The notes under the pieces are model-generated. The model was not told where the DNA came from and searched no databases. It saw nothing but the letters and a program-made list of their open reading frames with translations. A stretch of 63,624 nucleotides of DNA, counting the filler, from Reticulomyxa filosa (Eukaryota; Protista; Foraminifera): the NCBI GenBank assembly GCA_000512085.1. It is 15 parts of 15 records of this genome, joined end to end, with 100 filler letters (N's around TTAATTAATTAA, not from the genome) between each part and the next. Parts side by side here need not be neighbours in the genome. Positions count along the whole stretch, not along the records: positions 24,607 to 27,677 come from ASPP01003185.1; positions 27,778 to 35,025 come from ASPP01008971.1; positions 35,126 to 36,967 come from ASPP01025043.1; positions 37,068 to 38,498 come from ASPP01009984.1; positions 38,599 to 43,606 come from ASPP01007672.1; 10 more parts are not named here. The stretch is one strand, 5' to 3'. Each line of letters starts with the position of its first letter. The first letter of the stretch is position 1. Positions 26,540 to 39,630 of the stretch are shown here, in pieces. The position numbers and the translations under genes were made by a program.

Positions 26540-26995
26540 ATTTTGTTTGCAAGATCAAAAATGCTTGATAGTGAAGATGAATAAAACAATTGTTGGGATA
26601 TTCAAAAGATGTGTTGAGTACACAATTTTCATCAAATGGTAAAACATTTGTATCATCACCAAGTGATAAAATAACTAATTTGTGGAATACAAAATCTGAT
26701 AAAATGTTGAAACAATTCAAAAGATATTCTAATCATGTGATGGTAAATTTATTATTTCTTGTTCATTGGATATGGGATATTGAAACAGGAATAGAATGGA
26801 ATATATTGAAAGAACATTCACACCATGTGAATGATATAAAATATCTTCCAGATGATCAAACAATTGTAATACAATTCGATTAGAATTAGTGAAGAGGATA
26901 CAAATATTGGAAGGACATTCACAAGCTGTAAGTATCTCAAACTGAAAATACAATTACATCAAGCTATACTGATTGTACTATTCGAATTTGGACAC
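26540..26995 (+). pseudogene. Heavily decayed WD40-repeat pseudogene
   Basis: TQFSSNGKTFVSSPSDK, IWDIETG, LEGHSQAV and terminal TIRIW remnants with stops. Confidence 0.75.
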
Positions 26996-27533
26996 GAAGA
27001 AAATTTTTATTATTCTTGAACTTTTTCTTCAATTTCACTTTTTGCTTTTTCTAAGTACGAAAATTCAAATGTTTTTTTTTTGTCACTATTTAACACAGAC
27101 TATTCATATTTTCATATTCAATCACTTTCATTCGTAAAATATGGATCAAATGAATTAAAAAATGCAATATTTATGGGTGATCAGCAAATTCAAGTGTTCA
27201 AAGGACATATATGTTGGATTTGAATTGTAAAAGAAAATGTTATTTTGATAATGTATTTTGTTGTCCTTTTAACTTTATATTGTTTTGCATGTTCGATATT
27301 ATACAAAAACAATCTAAAAAATTAGTAGTGAAATACTTAAAATATTTTACTATTTGGATATAACCTTTATTAATTATGCTTTTCAATTTTTTAAACAACA
27401 AAGTAAAATGGAAAATATCTTTCAATGTCTGCATTCAATCAAATCAAACAAATTTAATATAACATCACCTTTTTTTTCAATCAAACTTTTCAAAGAAAAA
27501 ATACTTTCATTTCTTATTAAGCAAAAAAGTATA

Positions 27534-27677
27534 TTATCCCCAAATACAAATGTGACCGCTGACTGAACCATAACATAAATTCAAATCATATTTGACATTT
27601 TTTATTTCATCTGTCTTTTTCAATATAATAATTTTAAAACATCTTATTCCATCATCTTTATCATTATCTCCTTTGAT
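27534..27677 (-). CDS. 3' end of a WD40-family gene
   Basis: Hand translation ...DDGIRCFK...NVKYDLNLCYGSVSGHICIWG*, very similar to the C-terminus at 43754-43972. Confidence 0.8.
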   Translation of the reverse strand: MKGDNDKDDGIRCFKIIILKKTDEIKNVKYDLNLCYGSVSGHICIWG

Positions 27678-27914
27678 NNNNNNNNNNNNNNNNNNNNNNN
27701 NNNNNNNNNNNNNNNNNNNNNTTAATTAATTAANNNNNNNNNNNNNNNNNNNNNNNNNNNNNNNNNNNNNNNNNNNNACATTTGAGACTCCTTTCTTGCA
27801 AGATGTAGACATTCAATACGATTGTGAGATATACAAGGTTCCATTTAATTACATACACAGTTAGGACATTATATATGTTATGTATACGTATAAAAGACAA
27901 AACTTACATTTGTT

Positions 27915-27945
<31 letters not shown>

Positions 27946-27957
27946 GTATATATAGAC

Positions 27958-30009
27958 ATGGACGATGGTAAACCATTTGTTCCACCGAAAGTGTTGGAAG
28001 GATACTTTGAATTGGAAGAGTCACCAATGTGTTGGAAAAAACGTTGGATTGAAATATCGTTGGAAACATATACGATCAGGGCGTATCGTCGTAAATACGA
28101 CAGAGCAGAGATCCAAAGAGAAAAAAAGTACAATTCGGACGAGCTGATCGATTTGCAACTTAAAATGTGGTTTGATGAACGTCCGTTGAAACAAAAGCGA
28201 GATAAAATATTTTATGGGTTGGATATCGGTATCGAGGGTAAGACAGACTGGCTCCGAATTCGGACCATTCACCCGATCATTGTACGTGAATGGAGAGAGC
28301 TGATTGCTCAAGTTTTGAGCCACACGATATACAATAACGTACTTTTTATCCTTTTCAAGTTGCAAATGTGTGTGTGTGTGTTTTTTTTTTTGGTTTTTTT
28401 TTTATACGTAATGCCTCCATGTATTTATAAATGATAAAACTAAGAAATGGAGTCAATGCATAATGTTGGTAAAAACTGGTGGATATCTTCCAGCCCATCA
28501 ATATCACTTCCCTATCAATCCGTTACGGACAAGAATGTGTGATGTGAAAGATAAAATGTTTGAAGCAATTAAACAAGTGAATTATGGAGGGACTTTTTTG
28601 TGGATTGATCCGATGGGACCAGAAGGAAATGCATTGGATCAAAAAGTGACAATTGCAAAGTATTCGCAATCAACAGAAAAGATATTCCAGAAAAATAAAA
28701 GAGAGTTTGAGATCGAAGTTAATGGATATTATTGGATTTTGCAAGAGTACAAGCAAGATGACCCAAACGAGGAGGAAAAAGTCGAACAGGAGTTAGATAA
28801 TGAACAAGACATTACATTGAATAATCTAGTCGCATTGCGAGATGAGATTGCGTATAAACCCGACTTACTCGATAGCAATTTCTGTATTGACGAATTGATG
28901 CGAGAGGAAGAAGTCCCTCGACTTTATATGTTCAGCAGGATGCGCGAGATGTTACATGAAATAATTCGATATGGCAGATATACCGATTTAACGTTCGACG
29001 AAGAAATTACCGAAAAAGAATTCAAACAACAAGTTCATTATCATGAAGCATATCCTGAGATATTGCATTTGAATGCAAAAATGTTGGATACCCTTATGAA
29101 CAATGTTCGAGAACGGTACTACAGCAACGTGCATAAGAAATGTGGCTATCCATTGTCATTGACACAAGTGATGGCATTGTATTTGTACACCTTCTACTGT
29201 CAGCATTTCACCAAAGACCAACGCGCTCGCCGATACGAAAAATGGAAATATTGGGATCATTGCTTATATTGGGCCATCTTTCGCATGTGTGGGCACGATC
29301 AAAGACACAAAGAAAAGGGCAAGTTATATACAGGATGGCATAATGCCGAGCTAAAACAGGCCCAAACAAATGGCTATTTCTCTACTTATTGCAGCACATC
29401 AAAGGACTTCGATACTGCTGGTTCCTTCATGTCTGGAAATGGATGCATTTTGGAATTCGACTCAAGTCTTCGAAGATCATTCCAATTGTATAGTTGCAAT
29501 ATTGAATGGGTTAGTCATTACCCTGCCGAAAAAGAGGTATTATTCGCTCGGGGCTACGCCCATCCTGATTACCATCATCAAGAATATTGGGTTGCACGAG
29601 TCATCGAAGAGAAGAGCACTCCTAGCTTCCAATGGATTCAATTAAGTGCAAGGGTGCGCACATATTATGAGGAAACTTTACGAATCAAAAAAAAGTACTT
29701 TGATAAGATGCAAATATCGGCAAACGTATTATTCATGCTTGTTTGCATACTTATAAAGGAAACGTGAGCGAATCCATTCAAAAATTACAAGCATTTCAAA
29801 AAAACTATGACAGCGCTTGCCAGATTTTTGATATTGCATTAATGGCAATCAAAGGTCTCAGTAAAGAGTTATATGCCGAATTTGTGTCATATAAGCCTCT
29901 TTGTCGCGGATTCGTTGCTTTTTGGATATTTACAGAGGGTTTCGATTTGTCAAAATTATGTGAAAAGTGTCAATTTTTTTTGACAGAATCATTAATTTGG
30001 GCAGATTAA
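27958..30009 (+). CDS. PH-like domain + R-S-E-clade ADP-ribosyltransferase + C-terminal helical (CUE/UBA-like) segment; 5' end possibly missing
   Basis: PH pattern EGYFELEESPMCWKKRWIEI...IVREWRELIAQVL; ART pattern MALYLYT...LYTG (29324)...STS (29393)...GCILEF...WVSHYPAEKEVLF (29528). A 1-nt frameshift at ~29743 joins the 29743-30009 ORF. Confidence 0.8.
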
Positions 30010-30389
30010 AGTTTATTTTATGGTAAAATCTACTGATTAGTGACAACATTCACGGAAATTACTAAAACTCTTATTCGTTCGAATAAGAAATACGTGATTG
30101 AAAAAGACTTTTCGTATTACATTTTTTATTATTTATATCTTATTTTTTTAACATTGTAAAACCCAAATGTACAATGACACGAATGTTTTTTGATTATTCT
30201 ACAGTTTAAACACTGTCATTTAGTGCTACACGTGTTTTTTTGTTTAACGAAGAAAGCTAGTTTAAAAACAAATTCACAAAATCGCTACGTACACCCCCTT
30301 TTTTTTTTTAAACGTTTTGAAGAGCCTTGATTTCCAAATGCAATTGTTTTATTTTATCGCACGAAATCGTTTGTCACTCAAAGCAAAAA

Positions 30390-31588
30390 TCATCCCCATA
30401 TTCGAATTGTTTTATCATGAGATGCCGATACAATAATTTTACCGTCAGGTGAAAAGTCAACTCCGGTAACGTCGTTAAAATGTCCTCCCAATTTCTGTAT
30501 TTGTTGTCCAGTTGCCACATCCCACCACCGAATTGTTTTATCATTTGCACAAGACACAACAGTTAGATTATCAGGTGAAAAGCGCACATCGGCAACAGTT
30601 TGCGAATTCCAGCGAAATTTTTTGATTTCAATTCCAGAATTGGCATCCCATATTCGAATGGAGCGATCCCACGAGCAGGAAACAAGTAAATTTCCATTTG
30701 GCGAAAATTGTGTATTCATAACGACATTGACATGTCCAATTAACTTGAGTAATCTTTTGGATGACTGTATATCCCATATTGCAATAGTGCTATCCCATGA
30801 AGACGAAACAACCAATTGGCCATCGGGTGAGAATTGCACGTTGCTAACATAACGTGAATGTCGCCCTAAGACCTTGATCTCTTCTCCAGAATTTACATCC
30901 CACAATCGAATTGTTTTATCCCATGAACCAGAAACCAGAGTATGTCCATCTGGTGAAAATTGAGCACTTGTTACAGTATGAGAATGTCCTTCCAATCTCA
31001 TCATCTCTTTTCCTGAATTCATATCCCATAATCGAATTGTATTATCACCTGAACATGACGCTATCATATCGCCTCTGGGTGAAAATCTTGCGTCATTTAC
31101 AAAGGCCAAATGTCCTTGCAATATAACAATCACGTTTCCTGTTTCTACGTCCCATACTCGAACTGTTTCGTCATTCGATGAGGAAACAATCTTGCTACCA
31201 TCTGGTGAAAATTTTACACTGCTCACATAATCTGAATGTCCTTGAAACACTTTCAACTGTTTTAAGCGCTTGGCCTGTGTAGATTCATTGTTTTGTTTCG
31301 AAACAGGAAATAAAAAAAATTAATAAATATAAGAAAATACATGCACTTAGCATATCGTGCGATAATTCTGTTAAAATCATAGATCCATCCTATATCAATG
31401 TACGAATCCCGGGTCCAGCTGTCTAAAATAAAATCAGTCTCACTCTCGCTCTATTATTTGAAACATCAGTAGCTATTATTGTGAATTTTTTTTGTTTTTT
31501 TTTTTGAAATAAAATTTCAGACTACCGAATAAATTGGAATTTCTTTCTTTCTGGAAAAAAATCTCTTAATTGATTTTGCTATGTTCAT
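30390..31588 (-). CDS. 7-bladed WD40 protein with the family-specific N-terminal motif (3 exons)
   Basis: Seven GH...FSPDG...WD repeats ending IRIWG; upstream exons MNIAKSIKRFFSRKKEIPIYS and ETDFILDSWTRDSYIDIGWIYDFNRIIARY. Confidence 0.92.
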
Positions 31589-31791
31589 CCCTCCACAAAG
31601 TCCACTTTTATAACAACGCAGTGACAAGTCGTCACTTATTGAACAACCTTTTTGCAAGGTTTCCGAGTCAAAGTCAAGCTGGAACAAAAGTCCATGACCC
31701 AGCAAAAAAAAAAAAAAATCAAAAAAAAAAAAAACCACGTCATTATGCAATGAAGACGCATAGGTTTTGCTAGAAGAAGAAAAAGATAGAT

Positions 31792-34700
31792 TTACTCCCA
31801 GTAAAAAGTTAAGACATTCTCTCCGTTGCCACGGGTCAAGATAGTAGCTCTTTTGTCGTGTGTTCGACTTACCATGTCTAACACGCCGAGATACATCGTT
31901 GGATCTTTAAATGAATTAGGATGCGGTGCTGTGACAAAGACGCACTTTTGTTCGTGTGAATAAGTTTGGATCAGCTCACTAACACGCAGCCAACGTTTTA
32001 AACGTGTGCTATTCCACTTTTTGCTTTCAGCCATGTCATAGCCTGTCAATTGGCAAAACGTCTCAAGCGTTTGCTTGGTTGGCTCACGGCGGTTCGACTT
32101 GATCGGATAGGGTCCGTTGATATTCAATCGGAATTTACGTAAAAGAGCTGATAATTCCGCTTGCCATAAGTCTATATTTCGATTGCGAGATAAACATGCA
32201 CACCACATAAATTACATTTGAATTGCAGTTGTTCCATTTTTCCACTCAAAAAAAAAACTTTTCCCAAAGGGGGGGGGGACATATACATATATGTATGTAT
32301 ATGTATATGTACATATATATATATATTTTAAAAAAAACAAGTCTTGACTCACCCGTAGCATCTTCGATAGTTCTTAATGTCTTCTGATCGACCAACCCTT
32401 GCGAAGTAATTCTGGAAACTTCCTCAATATGTAGCTGTGCGCTTCTGGGTGTCAAAGTGGAGGCCACAGCGTCCAAGTTATTATTTTTTTCAGGTTTGCG
32501 ATGGTAAAATGGGAAGGTTAGAACACTTGCGTTTGTGTTGTCGGCGTCATTGGGCTTTGGAAGTTCGCCTCCAATGTTGGCATCAGCAACTAAGAAGAGT
32601 CGAATAATGTGTTTTGATTTTTTCCGAGCAATGTTATGTTTTCCTTTTCTGGGTTTTATTTCGCTGTCTTTATCTTCGGGCTCAGTGTTTTCTTCTTCTT
32701 CTTCTTCATGCGCGTGCAATGCGCTCCACTTTTTCCAAAAGCGATCAATGCTCAGTATGTGTGGCACTAGCAAGGACAAGCCTCCATCGTCCAACAGCCA
32801 CCACACGTCAATGATCTCACTGCCCGCAGGGGAGGGATGATGTTCGCTTGTGGTGTCGATCAGCACGTTGTTGGATTTCATTTTGCCAAATGGGATGTGT
32901 TCCAATCCACGACACAGCATGAATCCCATTTTTAATTGCTTTTTTTTACATGCAAAAAGGCAGTATTTAAGTATCCATACAAGACGACAACACAGAATAA
33001 ATACGTAACAAGACATTCCGTAAGCAATGCAACATACGACTCATTGGAAAATTCGTCGGTGGGGTCTGTGTGTTGTTTTTGTTCTTCGGGGGTCATGTCC
33101 AATTTTTTTTTTCGCAGTTCGGGCCAATTCTTTTTAAATCCTAAGACCAAGACATCGCATCTCAATTTCCCTAATCCCGTCAATTGGATTAGCGACTCGG
33201 CGCCTGTCATCAAATCCGGCGCAATTGCCCTTTCATAAAACGCGCGCATTTTCATATATTTTGGCAAGTAATGACTGGCGCGATTGTTTAGCAATGACAG
33301 TTTGTCTTTGAACTTTCCACACAAAATATCGCCGTACACAATGGTGCCATTGCCTCGTCGCAATGTGTGAGTGAATTTTACCAAAGGCAATCTCAGTTCC
33401 GGGTTGCCGCATAACACTAAAAACGAAGGTTGATAGTTTTTCACATGGTATCTGTAGTCCACTAAGTCTAACACTGCCTCGTTAGCCTGTCCACCCCCCC
33501 CACATCATACCATATCACTTCATTCATTCAAAAACATCGTGTCATGTATTTTTCTCTGTATTCTTTGCATTGTGCATTTACACTTTTTTTTAAAAAAACA
33601 AAACGGTGTATTTGGCCCTCGTATCCAAAGCTGATCCCCAGTAAATGTTTGGCTTTCTGTGTATGATATAAGCGCAAATGCCTGCCCCCAGTCCGATACA
33701 TATCAATGCATAGAACCACGATGTCGCAAACATCATGGCCAAACAAAGAATAAATCCTGAAAAAGAGGTATATTTGTTCGAGTATTGAAAGGATGGACGC
33801 CATCCCGGTGAGTGACTGACACTCATTATAAAACAAGCCAACGATATGAAACCATAGGTTCCCAAAAACATCTGGTTCCCATTAAAAAAAAAAACACACA
33901 CATATCATTTTTTTTCTTTTCCCAATTTCAATGTTCAAACGATTGACACAACATGGACCACAACTGGACAAAACAAACAACAAACATAGAACCTGTGTGA
34001 TCAATGGTGCAACAATATTCAAATCTCCAATCAAAACAAAAATGAGCGAAATTCCGAAGCACAAAAGCGCAGAAGCTACTGGGTCGCCTTTGGAATTGGT
34101 TTTGCCAAAGATTTTGAGGATGGGTAAGACATTGTCATTTGCAACGGACATGAGCACCCTTGGAGCACAAAATTGGACACTCAATGCGCTACTAAATGTT
34201 GCCGCATAAATTCCAATATACACTAAAACAGGTGACGCAGCAATGTCTACCATGCACAAGTAGTTGTGTAATAATCCTTCAGGACTAACCGCACCAGCGG
34301 CAACGATTCCCATTATCAAATAAATAAACGATGATAGTAGAATAGCCACCAAAGTGCCTATACCCCATTGTTTTTTTTTAAAAAAAAATTATCTGTATAT
34401 GGCAACACATATTCAAAGGTATACTTCAAAAAAAAAAAAAAAAGGTACCTTCAGGAATGTTTTTTCCAGGATCCACTAAATCCATGGCAATATTTGCGCC
34501 TGCCAAAATCTCAGTACAAGCGGCTGTTTCCAGCAATAATGCACACATACATGTAAAAAAAAGTCCTTTTTTTTTTTGAAGATAGAAAAAAAAAAATTCT
34601 AACGGAAAAAAAGTGCCAAGGCTTGCCAAAAGTCGTATTTAATGCCGCCGTCAACGTTGTAATGAGGTTTCATATTTTCAATAAAGTTGCCATTGCTCCA

Positions 34701-34870
34701 GCCTTTGACACCAATCAATTGTCCTTTTTCGTCGTGGTGAGGAAGAAAGCATCCAATCACAAACGACGCGATCGACACCAACAACACCACGATCAACCAA
34801 TACTGTAACTGCATAAACCATTCCACGCCCAACAATGTCCACACCAACGTAATTATTGCCAGTATCACTC
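31792..34870 (-). CDS. SLC12 cation-chloride cotransporter (NKCC/CCC-like), 5' truncated, multi-exon
   Basis: ILAGANIAMDL, YAATFSSALS, APRVL, SPGWRPSFQY, HVKNYQP, GLGKLRCDVLVLGFKKNW, IDVWWLLDDGGL and terminal RGNGENVLTFY motifs. Confidence 0.93.
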
Positions 34871-35135
34871 CGTAAAGTCGAATATCTTTTTATTTTATTT
34901 TATTTTATTTTTTCTCAAAAAAAATTTGTTTTTTTTTTTTTTTCCTTCCTCCCGGTCTCTTTTAAAAAAAAAGCGATGCATAAAAAAAAAACTAGTACGT
35001 ATACTCTTCACAATAAATTTTACAANNNNNNNNNNNNNNNNNNNNNNNNNNNNNNNNNNNNNNNNNNNNTTAATTAATTAANNNNNNNNNNNNNNNNNNN
35101 NNNNNNNNNNNNNNNNNNNNNNNNNCGACTCTCCA

Positions 35136-36918
35136 ATGACGACAACGAAAAGACTATCCCATCCAACATCAAGGCCAGCAGGTGATGATGAACCCAATCT
35201 CACTGAGGAGTTGGCGGACCCGCGGGCATCCTGTACTACGTATACAGCGGATGCTGCCAGCGACACCTCCCAACTTCCTCTAGTGAAGCCGCAAATGGTA
35301 TCGAATAACATGTATCCGTCAACAACACCATCGAACCATAGCCAAAAGCATAACGTCATATCGTATGCGAATCTTCCAAGTATTACCGCCAAGTCGGATA
35401 GCAAGGCAATGATTCAATCGAATATGGGGGGGGAGCGAAACGGAAAGGCGGCCAAAGTATACGCATTAATAATGGATAATGAACTTACCAGCAGGAAAGA
35501 TCGCTACATCAAAGTCTCCGACAATTTGGTCATGACGAAACTGGGGACCACATCGAAAGGGGGTAATTATTATTCATTTGACAGAGTTTTCAACCCTTTA
35601 ACAGGGGTCATTCAAATAGTACCCGAAATCGCAATGCCAATCGTAGCAAGTGCTCTTGGGGGCTTATCAGAGATGATTTGCATTTATGGGCAGCACGCAT
35701 CAGCCAATTCATCGTCATCGTCACCAACTGCAGGAGGTATTATTGCGCCAATTTTGAAATACATCGTGGATAAACTAAAGGATGGGTCGCAAGCGGCAAG
35801 CATAATAATCAAAGTGACAGCTGTTGAATATTATGGAACCAATGCATCTAAGATTCGTGTATTTGACTTGTTAAATATTGGTAATATACAAGCATCATCT
35901 AACCATGAAAAGAAAGGCCATTCATCAATCAATTTTGCGAAATTATCAGAGAGGGTCATTGGGAATAGCATCGATGTTGAGAAGTTATTGGTGGATATCA
36001 GAAGGGCGACCCACATTCATCCTCAAAGCCACGAGCAGAACCAAGCTTATGGGCACCAGTCGATCCATGGACATACAATTTACGATATATCAATATGTCA
36101 AAACCACATCAGGGGTGGCGTCCAAATGCTCCAAACGAGAAGCAATATTTTTCTTTTTGATTTAGTGTGTGGGCCTTCGAGTAATATGACAAATCCTTTT
36201 TTAAACTCAAAAAATCATACGTACAAGTGTGTTGAAAATCTTTTTAGCTTGGAAACGTCATGCAATTCAGTAATGTTAAGTCAATTTAGAGACATAGTAA
36301 AGAATTTCATTAAATTCAAAGTTAACTACCGCCAACAGCGGGGATGTAGTGAGTGGAGGAAAGTGCTGTTATCTTGTTTGATGAAAACATCAAACTTCTC
36401 TATTATATTCCACATCAACCGGCAATTAACGTAGCATCCCACACCAATGACACCCTCCAATTCGCAGCAGACGTCTCACGCGTGTTCATCCCCCACAAAA
36501 AGCCCTCCATTATTTCCTGCAATCCATCACCAATGGAATCACCAACTCCCGTGAGCAGCGCATCGAATATTAACATTCCAATGTCCGGGGGAGTGATACC
36601 ACATAATGAGGTCCCAACGCTTTGGGCAAACCAATCCGGCAACATCAACGTAAATGTACCCCAGCAGGCACCGGAGGCCAGCCTACATCACCGAATAACA
36701 TCAGACGTCATGACACCACAAGTCACAGTAATACCGCAAGTGGCCAAGGCGACACAGACAACTCCGACATTAAAGAAATACCTACCTCAGATGCTCAAGA
36801 CATAACACCACAATACTACGAGCAGACCCATGCGGACCGGGACCCGGATGAGCATCAAGTCAAATCATCAACATCGAGCGTGTTCGAGGCGATAATCGGG
36901 CTAACCCACCAGACGTAG
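35136..36918 (+). CDS. Divergent kinesin motor-like protein with degenerate nucleotide-binding motifs; intronless, frameshifted
   Basis: YSFDRVF, ICIYGQ, VTAVEYY, VFDLLN, HTIYDISI and IFLFDL in kinesin order; after a 1-nt shift at ~36420, PAINVASHTNDTLQFA (equivalent to SPA..N..ETLSTLRFA). Confidence 0.75.
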
Positions 36919-37089
36919 CAGTCATCCAATATCCTGCATTCCAACATTCGTTTGAGCAAGACGAATTNNNNNNNNNNNNNNNNNNNNNNNNNNNNNNNNN
37001 NNNNNNNNNNNTTAATTAATTAANNNNNNNNNNNNNNNNNNNNNNNNNNNNNNNNNNNNNNNNNNNNTTTTTTTTTTTTTTTTTGAAAA

Positions 37090-38498
37090 GAGAAAAAATT
37101 AACTGATAACTCAAACCGGTGTCAGTTTGCAAGCAATATATCAAGCGAGACATAGCGTCGACTTGGATGTCCAAAGAAGCCAAAGGAATGTGTTCTTCGT
37201 CTTTGGTTCGTTCATCCTGCATGGCCCGCCAAAGGAACTTCAAGCCGCAATGAAACTCGGCGACGAATTTGGGCACTTCGTGGGAGTACTTGGCCCGTTC
37301 CAAGCATCGCAAAGTGGTTTCACTGATTAGGGACAAGACTAGCCGGTCGTACGTGTTGACCATGATATCGTTAATCTTGGTGAACACATACTCGACCATT
37401 GCCCAGGAAAGGAAATGGATGAGTTCATACAAGACTTTGAAAGTCACTTCTGCGAACGAGCGACTTCCGCGTGAAGCATGACTCCACAGTAAGTCGATGT
37501 GTCTGCACTCCAATTGCGCTTGCTCCGCCAAAAACTTTAAGATGTCAAATGACCGTCGGATCATATCTTCGTGGTTATCTTCGGCCAACACGGCGTCCAA
37601 TACTTGTTGGTCATAAAAAAAGCTAGCCAACAACGATTGGTCGTATTCTCGAATTACAATGCTATTGTTCACCCGATTGAAATTCATTGTTGCTATGCTA
37701 TTGTTATTATTATTATTATTATTATTATTGTTATTATTATTGTTATTATTACTATTGCTACTATTGCTACTATTGCTATCATTGCTTGTCTGTGTTTGCA
37801 GCAGATATTCTGCTTTGTTATTTACGGCATCAATAAATTCCTTGAATTCCTTCATTCCAGAAATTTTTTGAGTCAAGTTGTCACATTGAATGCTGCGAAA
37901 CGCCACCTCCAATCTCAAATGCTCACATTTTTTTATGTACTGATTGTTCGGTACGATCACATAAAAAAACCGATGCAGTTTCACCAACACGTCATTGATT
38001 TGTTTCTTTGAGTATTTTTTCAGCTCGAGCATATCCATTGTCAAATACCATCTAGACACATACTTTTTTATAGCATACACATACAATTGAGCACAATCCA
38101 CGTTCAAAGTTGTTCAAAGGACAAAAAAAAAATGAGCCAATAAAGGATTAATGACAAAGCGCAATATCAATATATTCATATAATATATATATATTATATG
38201 AACATATTGATATTTGTACATATAATCAGATAGTGTAGACAACGTACCTCAAACACCAAAGGTGCCACAGTATTTTTGACTTCCGACCGACAATATAGTA
38301 AGGCTTCACTGAAAGCAGCCAAGAACCCGACCAATTGGTCATGTGTCAAATTGCCACGTTCATACTTGGTGGCAGACGAAGAAGAAGAAGAAGAAGAAGT
38401 CAGTGTGGTAATATCTGTTTTGACTTCCGTCTTTTCCATTTCGTGTTTATCCGACACTAACGTGGAGGTCGCTGTAGGTGCAGATGCAGATACAGATG
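37090..38498 (-). CDS. Internal fragment of a USP34/USP24/USP9-like deubiquitinase N-terminal helical region
   Basis: LRLEVAFRSIQCDNLTQKISGMKEF and DNHEDMIRRSFDILKFLAEQAQLECRHIDLLWS resemble conserved N-terminal blocks of these large USPs; the catalytic domain is not in the contig. Confidence 0.65.
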
Positions 38499-38736
38499 NN
38501 NNNNNNNNNNNNNNNNNNNNNNNNNNNNNNNNNNNNNNNNNNTTAATTAATTAANNNNNNNNNNNNNNNNNNNNNNNNNNNNNNNNNNNNNNNNNNNNTA
38601 ACAAAAAAAAAAAAAAAAAAAAAAGGGGGAAGATTATAAATATGTATAAAAAGTCGTTCATATGTCAAAAAACAAGTTGATAAAGCACTTTATTAATTAA
38701 TTTAAAACATATATATACATGGGAAATGAACAATAG

Positions 38737-39630
38737 CGACAGCAGAGGCTGCTCAAAAGAGTAGCCATGGACGTAGCGAACTCGTGTCTGGATTGGACAA
38801 TTGGATCTTTATTGTTATTGTAGTGGTGCTGGTTTTGGCAGTGATTGGGGTGATGTTTGGCTTGCGTGCGAAAAACAAAAAAACGAAGAAACAACAGATA
38901 AAGGAAGCGCACTATCTAAGCTCAACAAACAATGACGACGCGAGGAAACAGTCACAAGATGAAATCCACATGGCTGTGATGGAGACAGAACCCATGGGAG
39001 GTGCCAAACAACAACAAAACAAAACACATGAAAATGGCATTTCTGATGTGAACAAACCCTATTCATTTGCCGAACAGCCTGCCCCGCCATTGACACAAAT
39101 CTTGTCCATAGACAGTATGCTAGATGCACCTCCTCTTCCTCCGCCTACACCAGTTGAACTTGGTTCTTCTAATGTTCCATCCCCTCCACCATTTTTCGAG
39201 GTTTGTTTCCATCTGTGATGTGTTCATAACCTTAATGTTCTTATCTAGGTCACGTGTATGTACCCCCTTTTTTTTTTTCCCATTGTCCCCTTTGGCATCA
39301 ATAAAAATAAATAAGGGGGGTCTTTCTCTCTCTCTCTCGTGCATGTGTTGCAATTACTTTGGGATGTGTGGATGTTTATTATATGCATATGTATCAATAC
39401 AGGTTCAACAAGACGTACCACCACCTCCTCCTCCTCAAGATGTACCACCTCCCCCACAAGCCCCACCACCCAAACGCGCTTTGCCTCCAACACCAGAAAC
39501 ACAACAAAGCTCAGTTGAGATGAAACCTCCAGTACCGGCAGTGGTATACAGCTCAATTGGGCGAAATGAAGAGAATGAAGAAGATTCTTCGGAAGACAGT
39601 GATGACGATAATAATGACAAAAACGAATAA
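38737..39630 (+). CDS. 3' part of a single-pass membrane protein with Pro-rich and acidic cytoplasmic tail
   Basis: TM WIFIVIVVVLVLAVIGVMFGL followed by a basic stop-transfer; PPLPPP and PPPPPPQDVPPPP; acidic terminus; intron ~39201-39401. Confidence 0.7.
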
